From: an uncultured Candidatus Saccharibacteria bacterium
Lineage (GTDB): Bacteria; Patescibacteriota; Minisyncoccia; UBA6257; 2-01-FULL-56-20
NCBI GenBank assembly: GCA_964505005.1
Contig: CAZDFQ010000005.1
Coordinates: forward strand, 1 to 60,134
Reading direction: 5' to 3'
DNA length: 60,134 nucleotides
Under the pieces are notes generated by a model, which saw nothing but the letters and a program-made list of their open reading frames with translations, was not told where the DNA came from and searched no databases. The position numbers were made by a program, and so were the translations under genes. This document shows, in pieces, positions 18,452 to 28,743 of the stretch (within the stretch, counting starts at the first letter, position 1; every line of letters begins with the position of its first letter).

Positions 18452-20575
18452 ATGCCTATTTCCAGAAAACAATACTCAATCGAGATTGCTGGCAGAAAAC
18501 TTGTCCTGGAGGTTTCTTCTTTGGCCGAACAAGCCGATGCCGCTGTTTTGGCTAAATACGGCGAGACCGCGGTTCTGGTAACGGTCGTGATGGCTGATAA
18601 AGAAGGTGCTTTCGATTATTTGCCTTTAAGAGTTGATTATGAAGAAAGATTTTACGCCGCCGGCAAAATCATCGGCAGCCGCTTCATCCGCCGCGAGGGC
18701 CGGCCATCCGAAGAAGCGATTTTGGCCGGCCGGCTGGTTGACCGCGTTATTCGGCCGCTTTTTGACGATCGACTCCGACGGGAAATTCAGGTTGTGGCTA
18801 CCGTCCTGGCCATTGACGAGGAAAACGAGCCGGATTTCGTCGGTCTTATCGCTGCTTCAACCGCGCTCGGCATTTCCAAAATTCCTTGGAACGGCCCGGC
18901 GGCCGGCATCCGAGTTGCCCAAATCAACAAAGAATTTGTCATTAGTCCTACCAATTCGGAAATAAGAAAACCGGAATGCGCCTTCGAGGTTTTTGCCGCG
19001 GGCCCCCAAGAAAAAATAAATATGCTCGAACTTAGCGGCAAAGAAGCTCGGGAAGAAGACATTCTTTCCGCCGTTGAAATTGGAAAAAAAGAAATTAACA
19101 AACTGATTGAATTCCAGAATTCGATAATCCGAGAAATCGGCCAGCCAAAAGAAGGGGTGGCCTTGGTCGGCGTAGACCCGAAAATGCGGGCAGCCGCAGA
19201 AAGATTCTTGGCTGGGCGACTTGAAGAAGCGCTTTATAAACCGAACAAGCTCGATTATCAGGAGGCGATGACAAAGTTAAAGGACGACTATTTGATTGAA
19301 CTTCAGGCCGCTCCGGAAAACTTCGATTTGCGTTCCGCTGAGATTCTTTGGGAAGAGACCGTCAGCCGGCTTGTTCATAAAAATATTCTGGAAAAGGAAA
19401 AAAGACCTGATGGCCGGCGCCTTGATGAAATCCGCGAGCTTAACGCTGAAGTGGGGCTTTTCGAGCGGACTCACGGCTCGTCGCTTTTTGTCCGCGGCAA
19501 CACCCAGGCCTTAGCCGTGGCTACTCTCGCCGCCCCAGGCGCCGAACAACTGATTGAGACCATGGAAACAACCGGTAAGCGCCGGTTCATGCTCCATTAT
19601 AATTTCCCGCCCTATTCGGTCGGCGAAATCGGCGCTTTCCGCGGGCCAGGCCGCCGGGAAATCGGCCATGGCGCCTTGGCTGAAAAGGCCCTTCATCCTC
19701 TTATTCCTAGCCAGGAGGAATTCCCTTACACGATTCGCGTGGTTTCCGAAACCCTTTCTTCCAACGGCTCTTCTTCCATGGCTACGGTCTGCGCCTCCTC
19801 GCTTTCTTTGTTCGATGCTGGCGTGCCAATGAAAAAAGCCGCGGCGGGCATTGCTATGGGAATAATAGTTGACCAGGAACCAGGAACCAGGGACCAGGGA
19901 CCGGCCTACAAGATTCTGACTGATATTCAGGGGCCGGAAGACCATTACGGCGACATGGATTTCAAAGTCGCTGGCACCGAAGCCGGCGTAACCGCCATCC
20001 AACTCGATGTAAAGATAAGCGGCTTGACTCCGGAGATGATTGCTAAAACCCTTGAGCAGGCCAAAAAAGCCCGACTGACCATCCTTGATTTTATGAAAAA
20101 AGTTCTCCTTTCTCCCCGAAGCAAGCTCTCGGCTTATGCGCCGATTATTCTTCAGCAGCGAATCGCGGCTGATAAAATCGGCCTCTTAATCGGGCCGGGC
20201 GGCAAGACCATTAACGGCTTGATTAGAAAATACGAATTAACCGGCATCGATGTCAGCGAAGACGGCCTGGTTTTTATTTCCGCTCTTAATGAGAAGCAAG
20301 CTGAACAGGCCTTGCAGGAAATTAAAGCCCTGAGCCGGGAGTTCAAAGTCGGCGAAATAGTCGAAGGCAAAGTCGTCAAAAACCTGGAGTTCGGCTCCAT
20401 TGTCGATCTGGGCGGAGGCCACGACGGTATGATTCACATTTCCGAGCTTAAAAACGGCTTTGTGAAAAACGTCGAGGATGTTTTGAAAGTTGGCGACTTT
20501 GTCCGGGCCAAAATTATCCGGGTTGACCCCGACGGCCACATTGGCCTGTCACTCAAGCAACTAACTGATAACTGA
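18452..20575 (+). CDS. pnp: polyribonucleotide nucleotidyltransferase
   Basis: RREIGHGALA, SNGSSSMA, GDMDFKVAG, KH and S1 domains. Confidence 0.97.
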   Translation: MPISRKQYSIEIAGRKLVLEVSSLAEQADAAVLAKYGETAVLVTVVMADKEGAFDYLPLRVDYEERFYAAGKIIGSRFIRREGRPSEEAILAGRLVDRVIRPLFDDRLRREIQVVATVLAIDEENEPDFVGLIAASTALGISKIPWNGPAAGIRVAQINKEFVISPTNSEIRKPECAFEVFAAGPQEKINMLELSGKEAREEDILSAVEIGKKEINKLIEFQNSIIREIGQPKEGVALVGVDPKMRAAAERFLAGRLEEALYKPNKLDYQEAMTKLKDDYLIELQAAPENFDLRSAEILWEETVSRLVHKNILEKEKRPDGRRLDEIRELNAEVGLFERTHGSSLFVRGNTQALAVATLAAPGAEQLIETMETTGKRRFMLHYNFPPYSVGEIGAFRGPGRREIGHGALAEKALHPLIPSQEEFPYTIRVVSETLSSNGSSSMATVCASSLSLFDAGVPMKKAAAGIAMGIIVDQEPGTRDQGPAYKILTDIQGPEDHYGDMDFKVAGTEAGVTAIQLDVKISGLTPEMIAKTLEQAKKARLTILDFMKKVLLSPRSKLSAYAPIILQQRIAADKIGLLIGPGGKTINGLIRKYELTGIDVSEDGLVFISALNEKQAEQALQEIKALSREFKVGEIVEGKVVKNLEFGSIVDLGGGHDGMIHISELKNGFVKNVEDVLKVGDFVRAKIIRVDPDGHIGLSLKQLTDN

Positions 20576-20631
20576 TAACTGATAACTGATGACTGGCAAC
20601 TTATAAAATTATATAACTTATAACTAACGAC

Positions 20632-21654
20632 ATGGCCGATTCTTCGGACAAAATTCTTCCAGAATCTTCTAATCCGCCGACCGGAGCGCCGGCTTCAAGA
20701 ATAGCGCCGCCGCCAACTGAAATAAGCATCCGGACAACGGCTTCGGACCTGGCCTCAATAAAGCGGACCGGCGGCGGGCCACCAGAACCGACCAGTATCA
20801 GCCTCCCCGCTCTTTTAGAAAGAGAAAAAGGCGCCGAACCCGCTGGAGCCGCTGGACAAATTGAACAGCCGTCAGCGCCTCAGCCGTCACAACCAGTTCC
20901 TTACAAGCCGCTTTCGCCAGCCGCCAAGTCAGTAATCTTTGTTGTTTCCGCACTCTTAGTTGCCGTCGCGATTTTCTGGGGGAGTTATTATTTTCTTTAC
21001 CCGCTTGTTCCTAAAAAATCTTCTCAGCCCGCTGCCGTTCTGACTGCTTCTTCAACTGCTTCAGCAGCGCTAACTTTCCAGCATCAGTCATTCTTTAAAC
21101 AGCCGACTGATGGGACGCTTATCCTGAAAATTTCTTCTTCAACTTCCAGTTTCAAAGAAAATAGCAGGCAGCTGGCTCCTTTTTTGTCAGCACTCGGCGC
21201 TTCTTCGACCCTACTCTTTGAAATCGTTCTCCAATCGCCGGCCAACCAACCGATTCCCGCCGCTGATTTCTTCTCTTTAATCAAGGCCGATATTCTTGAC
21301 AGGGATTTTCTTGTTTCTGATTTCAACCAGGATTTCACCTTATTTTTATACAAAGATAAAAACGGGCTTTGGCCCGGCTACATTCTTCAACTGAAAACCA
21401 CTCAAAATCCGCTCCTTTTGCGGGACAAGACAAGGCAAATCGAAAACGTTTCTTCCAGCTGGTCCAGTATCTTTCTGCAACCGCCGACCATTATGCCAGC
21501 TGCCCAGTTTCAAGACGCTTTGGTTGCCGGCCAGCCGGTCCGAGTTCTCAATTCTGAAAAAGGCGCTGCTCTTTCTTACGGCTGGTTCTTCAACAAGTAT
21601 CTCATAATCAGCACTTCACTCGACGGCCTGAAGCAGGCGCTGGGACGATTGTAA
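20632..21654 (+). CDS. single-TM hypothetical protein with Pro-rich N-terminus
   Basis: long ORF with one TM helix. Confidence 0.75.
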   Translation: MADSSDKILPESSNPPTGAPASRIAPPPTEISIRTTASDLASIKRTGGGPPEPTSISLPALLEREKGAEPAGAAGQIEQPSAPQPSQPVPYKPLSPAAKSVIFVVSALLVAVAIFWGSYYFLYPLVPKKSSQPAAVLTASSTASAALTFQHQSFFKQPTDGTLILKISSSTSSFKENSRQLAPFLSALGASSTLLFEIVLQSPANQPIPAADFFSLIKADILDRDFLVSDFNQDFTLFLYKDKNGLWPGYILQLKTTQNPLLLRDKTRQIENVSSSWSSIFLQPPTIMPAAQFQDALVAGQPVRVLNSEKGAALSYGWFFNKYLIISTSLDGLKQALGRL

Positions 21655-21709
21655 TCTACGAGTGGATACGAACGCTGCGAATGGGAATTATTATATATAA
21701 TAATAAAAA

Positions 21710-22960
21710 ATGTCTTGTTTTTCTTGCAAAGACCGGCGGTCTTTCACCCTGGTCGAGCTCCTAGTCGTCGTCGCCCTCCTCGCCATCCTGGCTGCTGTGG
21801 TTATAATGGTTCTCAACCCTCCGGAACTCCTGAAACAGGCCCGGGACTCCACCCGCTTAGCTGACCTGGAAACTCTCAACAAGGCCCTGCTTCTTTACCA
21901 GCTGGAGAACACCTCGGGCTATGGCAATTCCAATACTGTCTATGTCTCCATCCCTGACTTAGCCGCCACCTCCACCTCAGGCACCAACTGCGGCTCTCTG
22001 GGCCTGCCTTCCTTGCCCTCGGCCTGGTCTTACCGCTGCGCGGCTTCCTCGACTTACCGCAATGTTGATTCTCTGGGCTGGCTGCCGGTCAACTTCTCCT
22101 CTCTTTCTTTTGGAACACCTTTGGGGGTGCTGCCTGTTGACCCAGTCAATACCACTTCTTCCGGCAACTATTATACCTATGTGAGCGGCGGGAGCTGGGA
22201 TCTGACTACTTTATTTGAATCAGATAAATATGCTGACAAAGCCGTAAATGATGGTGATGCTTATCCTGGGGTCTATAGTTTGAGAACCTCGGCTTCGCCT
22301 TTAACTCCTGGTATTAGAGACAAAGGTTTAGTCGGCTACTGGAAGTTTGATGAAGGGAGCGGGAGTACGGCATCGGACTCATCGGGCAGTGGTAATGTTG
22401 GCACGTTCGGTAGCGGGGTAACATGGATAGATGGGAAGGTAAACAAGGCACTCGCTTTTAATGGAAGCGGTGGCGTCGTCGCCCCTGATGCAAGTACGTT
22501 AAGACTCCCGAACGATTTTACTATTATAGCTTGGTTTAATCTCGCTGCACCTCCAGGAGCTGCAGATTCCCGACCAATAGTTGGTAAATTAGGGACCGGC
22601 TTTCCCTTAAATTATGTTTTGAGTGTAGCTTACGATCCTATACGGATATATCCGAGTGTTTATAGTTCGGGAGGACAGGCTTATTCCTTTACTTCTAATG
22701 CAACAATCAATCTTAATACTTGGTATTTTGTAGCGCTGACGAGAACAACTACTGATTCTGGAAAACTTTACCTTAACGGTCTCCTTGATAAGACAGGAAC
22801 CTTCCCTAGCGGTACTCTTGCTGTAAATAATGACTTATTACGGATTGGAGAATCGGGCGGCTTCGTCCGATATTGGAACGGTCTCATCGACGACGTTCGC
22901 ATCTACAACCGGGCCTTATCCGCCGCCGAAATCGCGGCCATTTACAACGCCACAAAGTAA
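21710..22960 (+). CDS. type IV pilin-like protein with C-terminal LamG/ConA domain
   Basis: SFTLVELLVVV N-methylation motif; GLVGYWKFDEG...IDDVRIYNRALS. Confidence 0.9.
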   Translation: MSCFSCKDRRSFTLVELLVVVALLAILAAVVIMVLNPPELLKQARDSTRLADLETLNKALLLYQLENTSGYGNSNTVYVSIPDLAATSTSGTNCGSLGLPSLPSAWSYRCAASSTYRNVDSLGWLPVNFSSLSFGTPLGVLPVDPVNTTSSGNYYTYVSGGSWDLTTLFESDKYADKAVNDGDAYPGVYSLRTSASPLTPGIRDKGLVGYWKFDEGSGSTASDSSGSGNVGTFGSGVTWIDGKVNKALAFNGSGGVVAPDASTLRLPNDFTIIAWFNLAAPPGAADSRPIVGKLGTGFPLNYVLSVAYDPIRIYPSVYSSGGQAYSFTSNATINLNTWYFVALTRTTTDSGKLYLNGLLDKTGTFPSGTLAVNNDLLRIGESGGFVRYWNGLIDDVRIYNRALSAAEIAAIYNATK

Positions 22961-23048
22961 ACCCTGTTATGCCCAGGCATAACACTTCTAGTAAGCAACT
23001 ATTGAAGTTCAACCTCCGTAACTCTTTCACTTCCATAACTCCTTCAAC

Positions 23049-23123
23049 ATCGACTACATTCGCATCTACAACCGGGTTTTATCAGCGGCCGAGATAACGG
23101 CTATTTATAACGCGACGAAATAA
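23049..23123 (+). pseudogene. orphan copy of the LamG gene's last 25 codons
   Basis: IDYIRIYNRVLSAAEITAIYNATK*; 61/75 nt identical to 22886-22960. Confidence 0.85.
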
Positions 23124-23312
23124 TCAAGTGTTATGCCCGGGCATAACACTAGCCAAAACTTCCGAGCCCGTCTTAACGCGCGACAATGCGGCGCTGTGAT
23201 GCATCACAGCGCTTAAATTGCAGTACTGAAATTGCAGCCGGTTGTTATAAATAATAGCAGCAAAGCGGCGATATGATGCGTCATATCGCGGGAGAACTCA
23301 CTCGCGTTACAA

Positions 23313-24320
23313 TTATTGTCCGGATATCGCTGCCCGGGTTTTTCCCTCAAGCGAGTTTAAAAGTTTTTTGTCTTCCTTGAGCTTGACCGCTACATTCTCG
23401 AAGCCGGTGCCGAGTTTTTCGCCCTGGAAGCTGTAGCTTGAGCCGGATTTGGTGACTACGCCGTGTTTGATGGCGGCGTTCAGAACATCGGCTTCGTAAG
23501 AAATTCCCTGGCCGAACATAATGTCGAATTCCGCCTGCTTGAACGGCGGCGCCACTTTATTTTTGACCACTTTGGCCTTGACGCGACTGCCGACCGCTTC
23601 CTCGCCTTTTTTTATCTGGGCGGTTTTCCGGACATCAATGCGCACCGAAGCGTAAAACTTCAGCGCCCGGCCGCCCGGCGTGGTTTCCGGATTGCCGAAA
23701 AACACGCCAATCTGCATCCTGATTTGGTTGATGAAAATAATCAGTGTTTGCGATTTGGCGGCAATGGCCGTCAATTTGCGGAGGGCCTGGGACATCATTC
23801 TGGCTTGTAAGCCGATGAACTGGCTGCCCATTTCGCCTTCGATTTCCGCCCGAGGAGTCAAGGCCGCCACTGAATCAATGACAATAACTGAAATAATACC
23901 GGAGCGCACCAAGCTTTCCAGAATATTCAACGCTTCTTCGCCGTTGTCCGGCTGGGAAATCAAAAGCTCGTTTATTTTGACGCCGAGTTTTTGGGCGTAT
24001 TCTGGATCAAGGGCGTGCTCAGCATCGATGAAAGCCGTTTTGCCGCCTTGTTTTTGAGCTTGGGCAACGACATTGAGCGCCAGCGTGGTCTTGCCGCTGC
24101 CTTCAGGCCCGAAAATCTCCACGATTCGGCCGCGCGGTAGACCACCAACTCCCAAAGCCAAATCAAGAGAAAACGAGCCGGTCGGAATCACGGCCACATC
24201 CACACGCCTCACTTCGCCGAGCTTCATTACTGCGCCTTCGCCGAATTTGCCGCGCAACGTTTCCATCAAGTCATCCAACTGATTCTTTTCTTCCTTTTGC
24301 TTGGCTTTTTTGTCGGGCAT
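23313..24320 (-). CDS. recA: recombinase A
   Basis: [29 protein letters not shown]. Confidence 0.98.
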   Translation of the reverse strand: MPDKKAKQKEEKNQLDDLMETLRGKFGEGAVMKLGEVRRVDVAVIPTGSFSLDLALGVGGLPRGRIVEIFGPEGSGKTTLALNVVAQAQKQGGKTAFIDAEHALDPEYAQKLGVKINELLISQPDNGEEALNILESLVRSGIISVIVIDSVAALTPRAEIEGEMGSQFIGLQARMMSQALRKLTAIAAKSQTLIIFINQIRMQIGVFFGNPETTPGGRALKFYASVRIDVRKTAQIKKGEEAVGSRVKAKVVKNKVAPPFKQAEFDIMFGQGISYEADVLNAAIKHGVVTKSGSSYSFQGEKLGTGFENVAVKLKEDKKLLNSLEGKTRAAISGQ

Positions 24321-24379
24321 AGATATAGAAATTCGTCTTTAATTATAAAATTATAATTCAAAAGAGACAATCTCCAAAT

Positions 24380-25048
24380 TCAAGGATTAATTATTGAGGG
24401 GATGCTCGCTGAAGCATTTTTCGGCGGTTCATAAATAATCTGCCGCGTTAGTTTCGTTTCTCTCCCCAAGAATTTTCCCGCCACCAGTTCAATAGTGTTG
24501 AGACCCGGCTGGAGAGCAATCGTTTTCTGCCACTCGCCGTTCTGCCCTATCGAAACTGCCTCGCCATTTATTATCAGAGAATCGGCGTTCGTAACCCGGC
24601 CGTTGAAAGAAACATAGTTTCGGCTTGCGACTGTTAAATTGTCCGGCGGGGAAGAAATAGCGATGATTGGCTGGCCTAAAATTTTGACTGTCCTAAATCC
24701 CAAATAGATGACAATTAACAAGACAATGGCGCTAATCAAAAAATATTTTTTAAGCGGTTCTTTTCTGAATCTATTTTTTGACGGTTCATCATAATGGCCG
24801 GAGCTTTTAACCGCCGGCTCTTTTTTAAGGATTTCCCACCATTGGTTAGCGTCGAAATCGAGGATTTGGCCGAGCCGGATAAGATAACCGCGAAGATAAG
24901 GCGCTGACGGTAAATCGTCAACCCGGTTTTGCTTGAGCGCCTCTAGATGTTTAACGGAAATCCCGCTGAGTTCGGAAAGTCGTTTCACGGTTAAGCCACG
25001 CTCCTGCACCTTTTCATTTAAAAAATTGGCGAAATCGGCGTAGTCCAT
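24380..25048 (-). CDS. RodZ-like HTH-TM-Ig protein
   Basis: N-terminal HTH with LPSAPYLRGYL, TM helix, C-terminal PGLNTI Ig-like domain. Confidence 0.75.
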   Translation of the reverse strand: MDYADFANFLNEKVQERGLTVKRLSELSGISVKHLEALKQNRVDDLPSAPYLRGYLIRLGQILDFDANQWWEILKKEPAVKSSGHYDEPSKNRFRKEPLKKYFLISAIVLLIVIYLGFRTVKILGQPIIAISSPPDNLTVASRNYVSFNGRVTNADSLIINGEAVSIGQNGEWQKTIALQPGLNTIELVAGKFLGRETKLTRQIIYEPPKNASASIPSIINP

Positions 25049-25106
25049 GATAGACAGTAAAAATGGATAGGTTTGTTCATATCAGGGAATGATAACCCGC
25101 AAGAAT

Positions 25107-26291
25107 CTATTTCTTTTCTTTAGTTTGCCTGGGGTTCTGATAGATTAAGTCCGGGGAGCCAGCTGTTGCACTTCTGTATGTTTGATACAGTTCGTCATTT
25201 TTGGGGTCTCGCTGAGTTGCCTGGTACCATCCATCGTAATTTCCTATTTGTTTGCCATCCCTATAGCGTTTGAGATCAGCGAGGTCCTCCATATGATGCT
25301 CTAATCTCGAACTTAAGGCACTCGACAAATCAGACGCATAAGGAAGTGCCGTAAGTTCGTTAATCCTATTTTGCACTTCCCACGAATCCAAGATGATAGC
25401 CCTGAATTTTTCATTAAGTTGAGCCAGCAGGCTTTTAACTGCTTCAGATTGCTTTTCTAAACCGGAGTATAGTTCGAGCGCCCGGGTATATTCTTCAAAG
25501 GCGCTTGTTCCAGAGAGAATAAAATCTATGGCTGCTTTCTCTTTCCCCTTAAACCATCCTAAAGATTCTCTTTCTTTAGCAAGAAGTTCTTTTATTTTTT
25601 TTGGGTCTTGGTTATGTTCAATCCCCTCGAGTTTAAATGTAAAATCTGATTTTCCTTCGAGCATTCCTTTTGCTCGGCTGAATAAATTTGCAACTCTTCT
25701 TCGAGCCGAGGCAATTATTTCCTTTTGCTTCTTTTGTTGTTCCCACGCGGAAAGTCGTTCGCTGCTTAGGCTTTTGATATCTTTTGCTAATGCGTCAATT
25801 TGAGGATCGAGCCTTTCATGCGCCTGTTTGATTTCTTTATTAATGATTCTTTCAACGTCTTCTTTTTCGGCCGCCTCAACCATTCTTGCGAAAATCTCGG
25901 GCGTATCTTTTATGGCAACGACTTTTTTATCAATTTCTAATCCCTGTTCTTTCAAAGAATTAACCAATCTCTTAATTTCTTCCAGCTTTCTTACGTCGGC
26001 AGGATCCGTGAGCTGGCCAAGCTTTTGTATAGAAGTAAAGTAATCTAAAGCTTCTTGAGCTGTTTGGAGTAATTCTTCATTCCTTCGTCTTTCAGCTATT
26101 AAAGTTTCATGTTCGCTTAGCTTTTGTTCAATGTCTTTTTCTTGTTGTGCTTTGGCAGCGGCAACTTTAGCTTTCAATTCTTCAGCAGCTCTTTTTATAT
26201 CATCAACAGTTGGAAGCCTCTCTTGTCCAGGCTTTTCTTCCCCAGGTGTTTCTTCGGGGCTCGCAGGTTTTCGCTCTAAATCCTCTGTCAT
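25107..26291 (-). CDS. charged coiled-coil hypothetical protein
   Basis: 394-aa E/K-rich ORF. Confidence 0.75.
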   Translation of the reverse strand: MTEDLERKPASPEETPGEEKPGQERLPTVDDIKRAAEELKAKVAAAKAQQEKDIEQKLSEHETLIAERRRNEELLQTAQEALDYFTSIQKLGQLTDPADVRKLEEIKRLVNSLKEQGLEIDKKVVAIKDTPEIFARMVEAAEKEDVERIINKEIKQAHERLDPQIDALAKDIKSLSSERLSAWEQQKKQKEIIASARRRVANLFSRAKGMLEGKSDFTFKLEGIEHNQDPKKIKELLAKERESLGWFKGKEKAAIDFILSGTSAFEEYTRALELYSGLEKQSEAVKSLLAQLNEKFRAIILDSWEVQNRINELTALPYASDLSSALSSRLEHHMEDLADLKRYRDGKQIGNYDGWYQATQRDPKNDELYQTYRSATAGSPDLIYQNPRQTKEKK

Positions 26292-26378
26292 ATTTTTTAG
26301 AGAGTTATCCTCTCATAAGCTTCATTTTAATGATATTCATAATAAGTATATTGCGCAAGCAAATTTATAATTAATTCA

Positions 26379-28457
26379 TCAATTAGTTTCGCGGTTTTGG
26401 ATATTTTCCAAATAAACTTCTCTTGGCTTCGCGCCTTCGCCGGGTCCGATTAATCCCTTTTCTTCCATCAAATCAAGCAAGCGAGCGGCCCGCGCATAGC
26501 CGATTTTCAGCCGGCGCTGGAGAAGCGAGGCCGAAGCTTTTTTGGCCTGACGGACAACTTCTACAGCTTCCTCGTAGAGTTCATCACCATCTTCGGCATA
26601 TTCGTCAAGATTCAAGGCCGGTAATTCAATTGTTCCGTTCATCGCCGGAAACCCCATCTCTTCTTCAGCCGCGGCATTGTGCTCTTTTATAAAGTCCGCC
26701 ACTTTCTTGATTTCTTCTTCAGAGAGGTAGGCGCCCTGGATTCTTTTTGGCTTGGTGAGTTCCGAAGAAACGAAAAGCAGGTCGCCGCCACCAAGCAATT
26801 TTTCCGCGCCCGCCGTATCGATTATTGTTCTCGAGTCGACCTGACTGGCCACTTGAAGCGCCATTCGGCTCGTGATATTGGCTTTTATAAGACCGGTAAT
26901 AATTTCCACCGATGGTCTTTGGGTGGAGAGAATCAGGTGAAGACCGGTGGCCCGGGCCATCTGGGCCAAACGGACAATCGAACCCTCGACCTCGCGGCCG
27001 AAGGAGGTCATCAAGTCAGCCAATTCATCAATGACTATTACTATATAAGGAAGAATTTCCTCCTTCGTTGAAGCTTCGGAGGACAAGCGCGCGTTGTAGC
27101 TTTTAATATCCCGACTGCCGGATTTTTGCAAAAGCTCGTAGCGTCTTTCCATTTCCTGGATGGCCCAGCGGAACACACTAAGGGCTTTTTTGTTCTCCAC
27201 GATTACCGGCGCCACCAGATGAGGGATGCCTTCATAGACCGACAGTTCTACCCGCTTGGGGTCAACCAGAATCAACTTCAGAGTCGAAGGCGAATTTTTA
27301 TAAAGAAAAGAAACTAAAATGGAATGGATGGCGATAGATTTGCCTGAGCCGGTGGCACCAGCCACCAAAAGATGAGGCATCCGCTCCAAGTCCGCGAAAA
27401 TCGGCTCGCCAGTAACATCGCGGCCCAGAACAAATCCCAAAAGACCGGCTGACTGGAAATCCGGGTAAGCCATCAAGCTGCCGAGACGCACCAAAGCCGC
27501 GGCTTTGTTAGGGACTTCAATGCCGACCAGCGACTTACCGGGAATCGGCGCTTCGATTCTTATCGGATGAGCTGCCAAAGCCAGGGCCAAGTCCTGGCTA
27601 AGCGCGGTGATTCTTGAGAGTTTGACCCCTTCAGCTGGCTTCAAGGTGTAGCGGGTGACCTTGGGGCCGATGTTTATTTCGCCCATTTCCACCGGAATGC
27701 CGAAGCTCTCGAGTGTTCGTTTGATGATGTTGGCATTGGCCCTCAAATCGCCGGTGGTCGGCTTCTCAGTGGCTGATTTCAAAAGCTCAATCGGCGGCGG
27801 AACATAGTTTTTGAACTTGAAGACGGGCTTCCTCTTTGAGACAGGCGGGATTTTGAATTTGGCTTTTTCAGGTTCTGATTCAATCATTTCTTCTTTAGCC
27901 GGTTCTTCTTTTATTGTTTCCGCCGGACCCTCTTGGCTTTCTCCGGTGACAACCGGCGCGATTTCTCTTTTTGGCAATTTTATTTTAAGCGGCGCATTGA
28001 AGGTGATTAAGACCGCTGCTAAAAGAATGATGACGTTTATGATAACTGCCGCGATTTCGCCAAAAGGAATTTTTAGTGAACCCAGGACAAAGCCCAGCCA
28101 GCCGCCCCGGCCTTCCTGCCACAGATGAAGCAGGCCCAAGAGAGCGAGCATCAAAAGAAAACTGCCGGCCAGGGTCAGGCCGACCAGTTTTTGTCTCTCG
28201 GATAAAAGAAAGATGACCGCCGACACTAAAAGGAGAGTTGGCAGAGCGAAATAGCCCCAGCCGATCAGGGTTTGAAAAATCCGGTAAAGCAAATCGCCGG
28301 CTGGCCCGGCCTTTTGGAAACCAGCCAGAAAAAAAATTGCTGCCAAACCTAACAAAACCACGGCCCAGACGCTCTTTTTGGTTTCCGGGTGGAGCCAGCT
28401 CCGGGTTTTTTCTTCCAGTCCCAGCCGGCTTTTGGAGCCATTCTTTTTTGCCATCAT
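26379..28457 (-). CDS. ftsK: DNA translocase FtsK/SpoIIIE
   Basis: 4TM N-terminus, GATGSGKS, IDELADLM, gamma domain LLQRRLKIGYARAARL; start moved to MMAKK. Confidence 0.96.
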   Translation of the reverse strand: MMAKKNGSKSRLGLEEKTRSWLHPETKKSVWAVVLLGLAAIFFLAGFQKAGPAGDLLYRIFQTLIGWGYFALPTLLLVSAVIFLLSERQKLVGLTLAGSFLLMLALLGLLHLWQEGRGGWLGFVLGSLKIPFGEIAAVIINVIILLAAVLITFNAPLKIKLPKREIAPVVTGESQEGPAETIKEEPAKEEMIESEPEKAKFKIPPVSKRKPVFKFKNYVPPPIELLKSATEKPTTGDLRANANIIKRTLESFGIPVEMGEINIGPKVTRYTLKPAEGVKLSRITALSQDLALALAAHPIRIEAPIPGKSLVGIEVPNKAAALVRLGSLMAYPDFQSAGLLGFVLGRDVTGEPIFADLERMPHLLVAGATGSGKSIAIHSILVSFLYKNSPSTLKLILVDPKRVELSVYEGIPHLVAPVIVENKKALSVFRWAIQEMERRYELLQKSGSRDIKSYNARLSSEASTKEEILPYIVIVIDELADLMTSFGREVEGSIVRLAQMARATGLHLILSTQRPSVEIITGLIKANITSRMALQVASQVDSRTIIDTAGAEKLLGGGDLLFVSSELTKPKRIQGAYLSEEEIKKVADFIKEHNAAAEEEMGFPAMNGTIELPALNLDEYAEDGDELYEEAVEVVRQAKKASASLLQRRLKIGYARAARLLDLMEEKGLIGPGEGAKPREVYLENIQNRETN

Positions 28458-28470
28458 GCATATTTTCTTA

Positions 28471-28644
28471 CATTTGGCAGCGAGAAGCAAATAAATAGTT
28501 TTTATTTGCGACGAGCGAACCAAATGATGAAATGAAATTTCATCCATTTGGCAGCGAGCCGCAAGTGAACGATGATTCATTTGCGGCGAGCGTCCGGCCT
28601 TTGCAGCCGAAGCAGCTGCTTCGGCGGAGGAGGCAACCAAATGA
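28471..28644. repeat. two tandem structured units CATTTGGCAGCGAG...CGAGCG(AA)CCAAATG
   Basis: direct repeat with internal hairpins; third copy inverted at about 3991-4071. Confidence 0.7.
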
Positions 28645-28743
28645 AAAATGTCGCTCTGGCGACATTTTTATATTCTGTTGTAAAATTCAATTATCGTAAG
28701 GCCCATAAACCCACTAGTCCTCTTGGACTTATTGGACCTATTT

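Noticed and set aside
22886-23123. DGR VR/TR pair
   Set aside because: Mismatches are mostly synonymous and not adenine-specific (5 of 14 at A in the copy); no reverse transcriptase in the window
28458-28640. N-terminal extensions of ftsK (and of pnp 18395, iscS 30948, rpsO 17357)
   Set aside because: They translate upstream repeat DNA; downstream ATGs match the family starts
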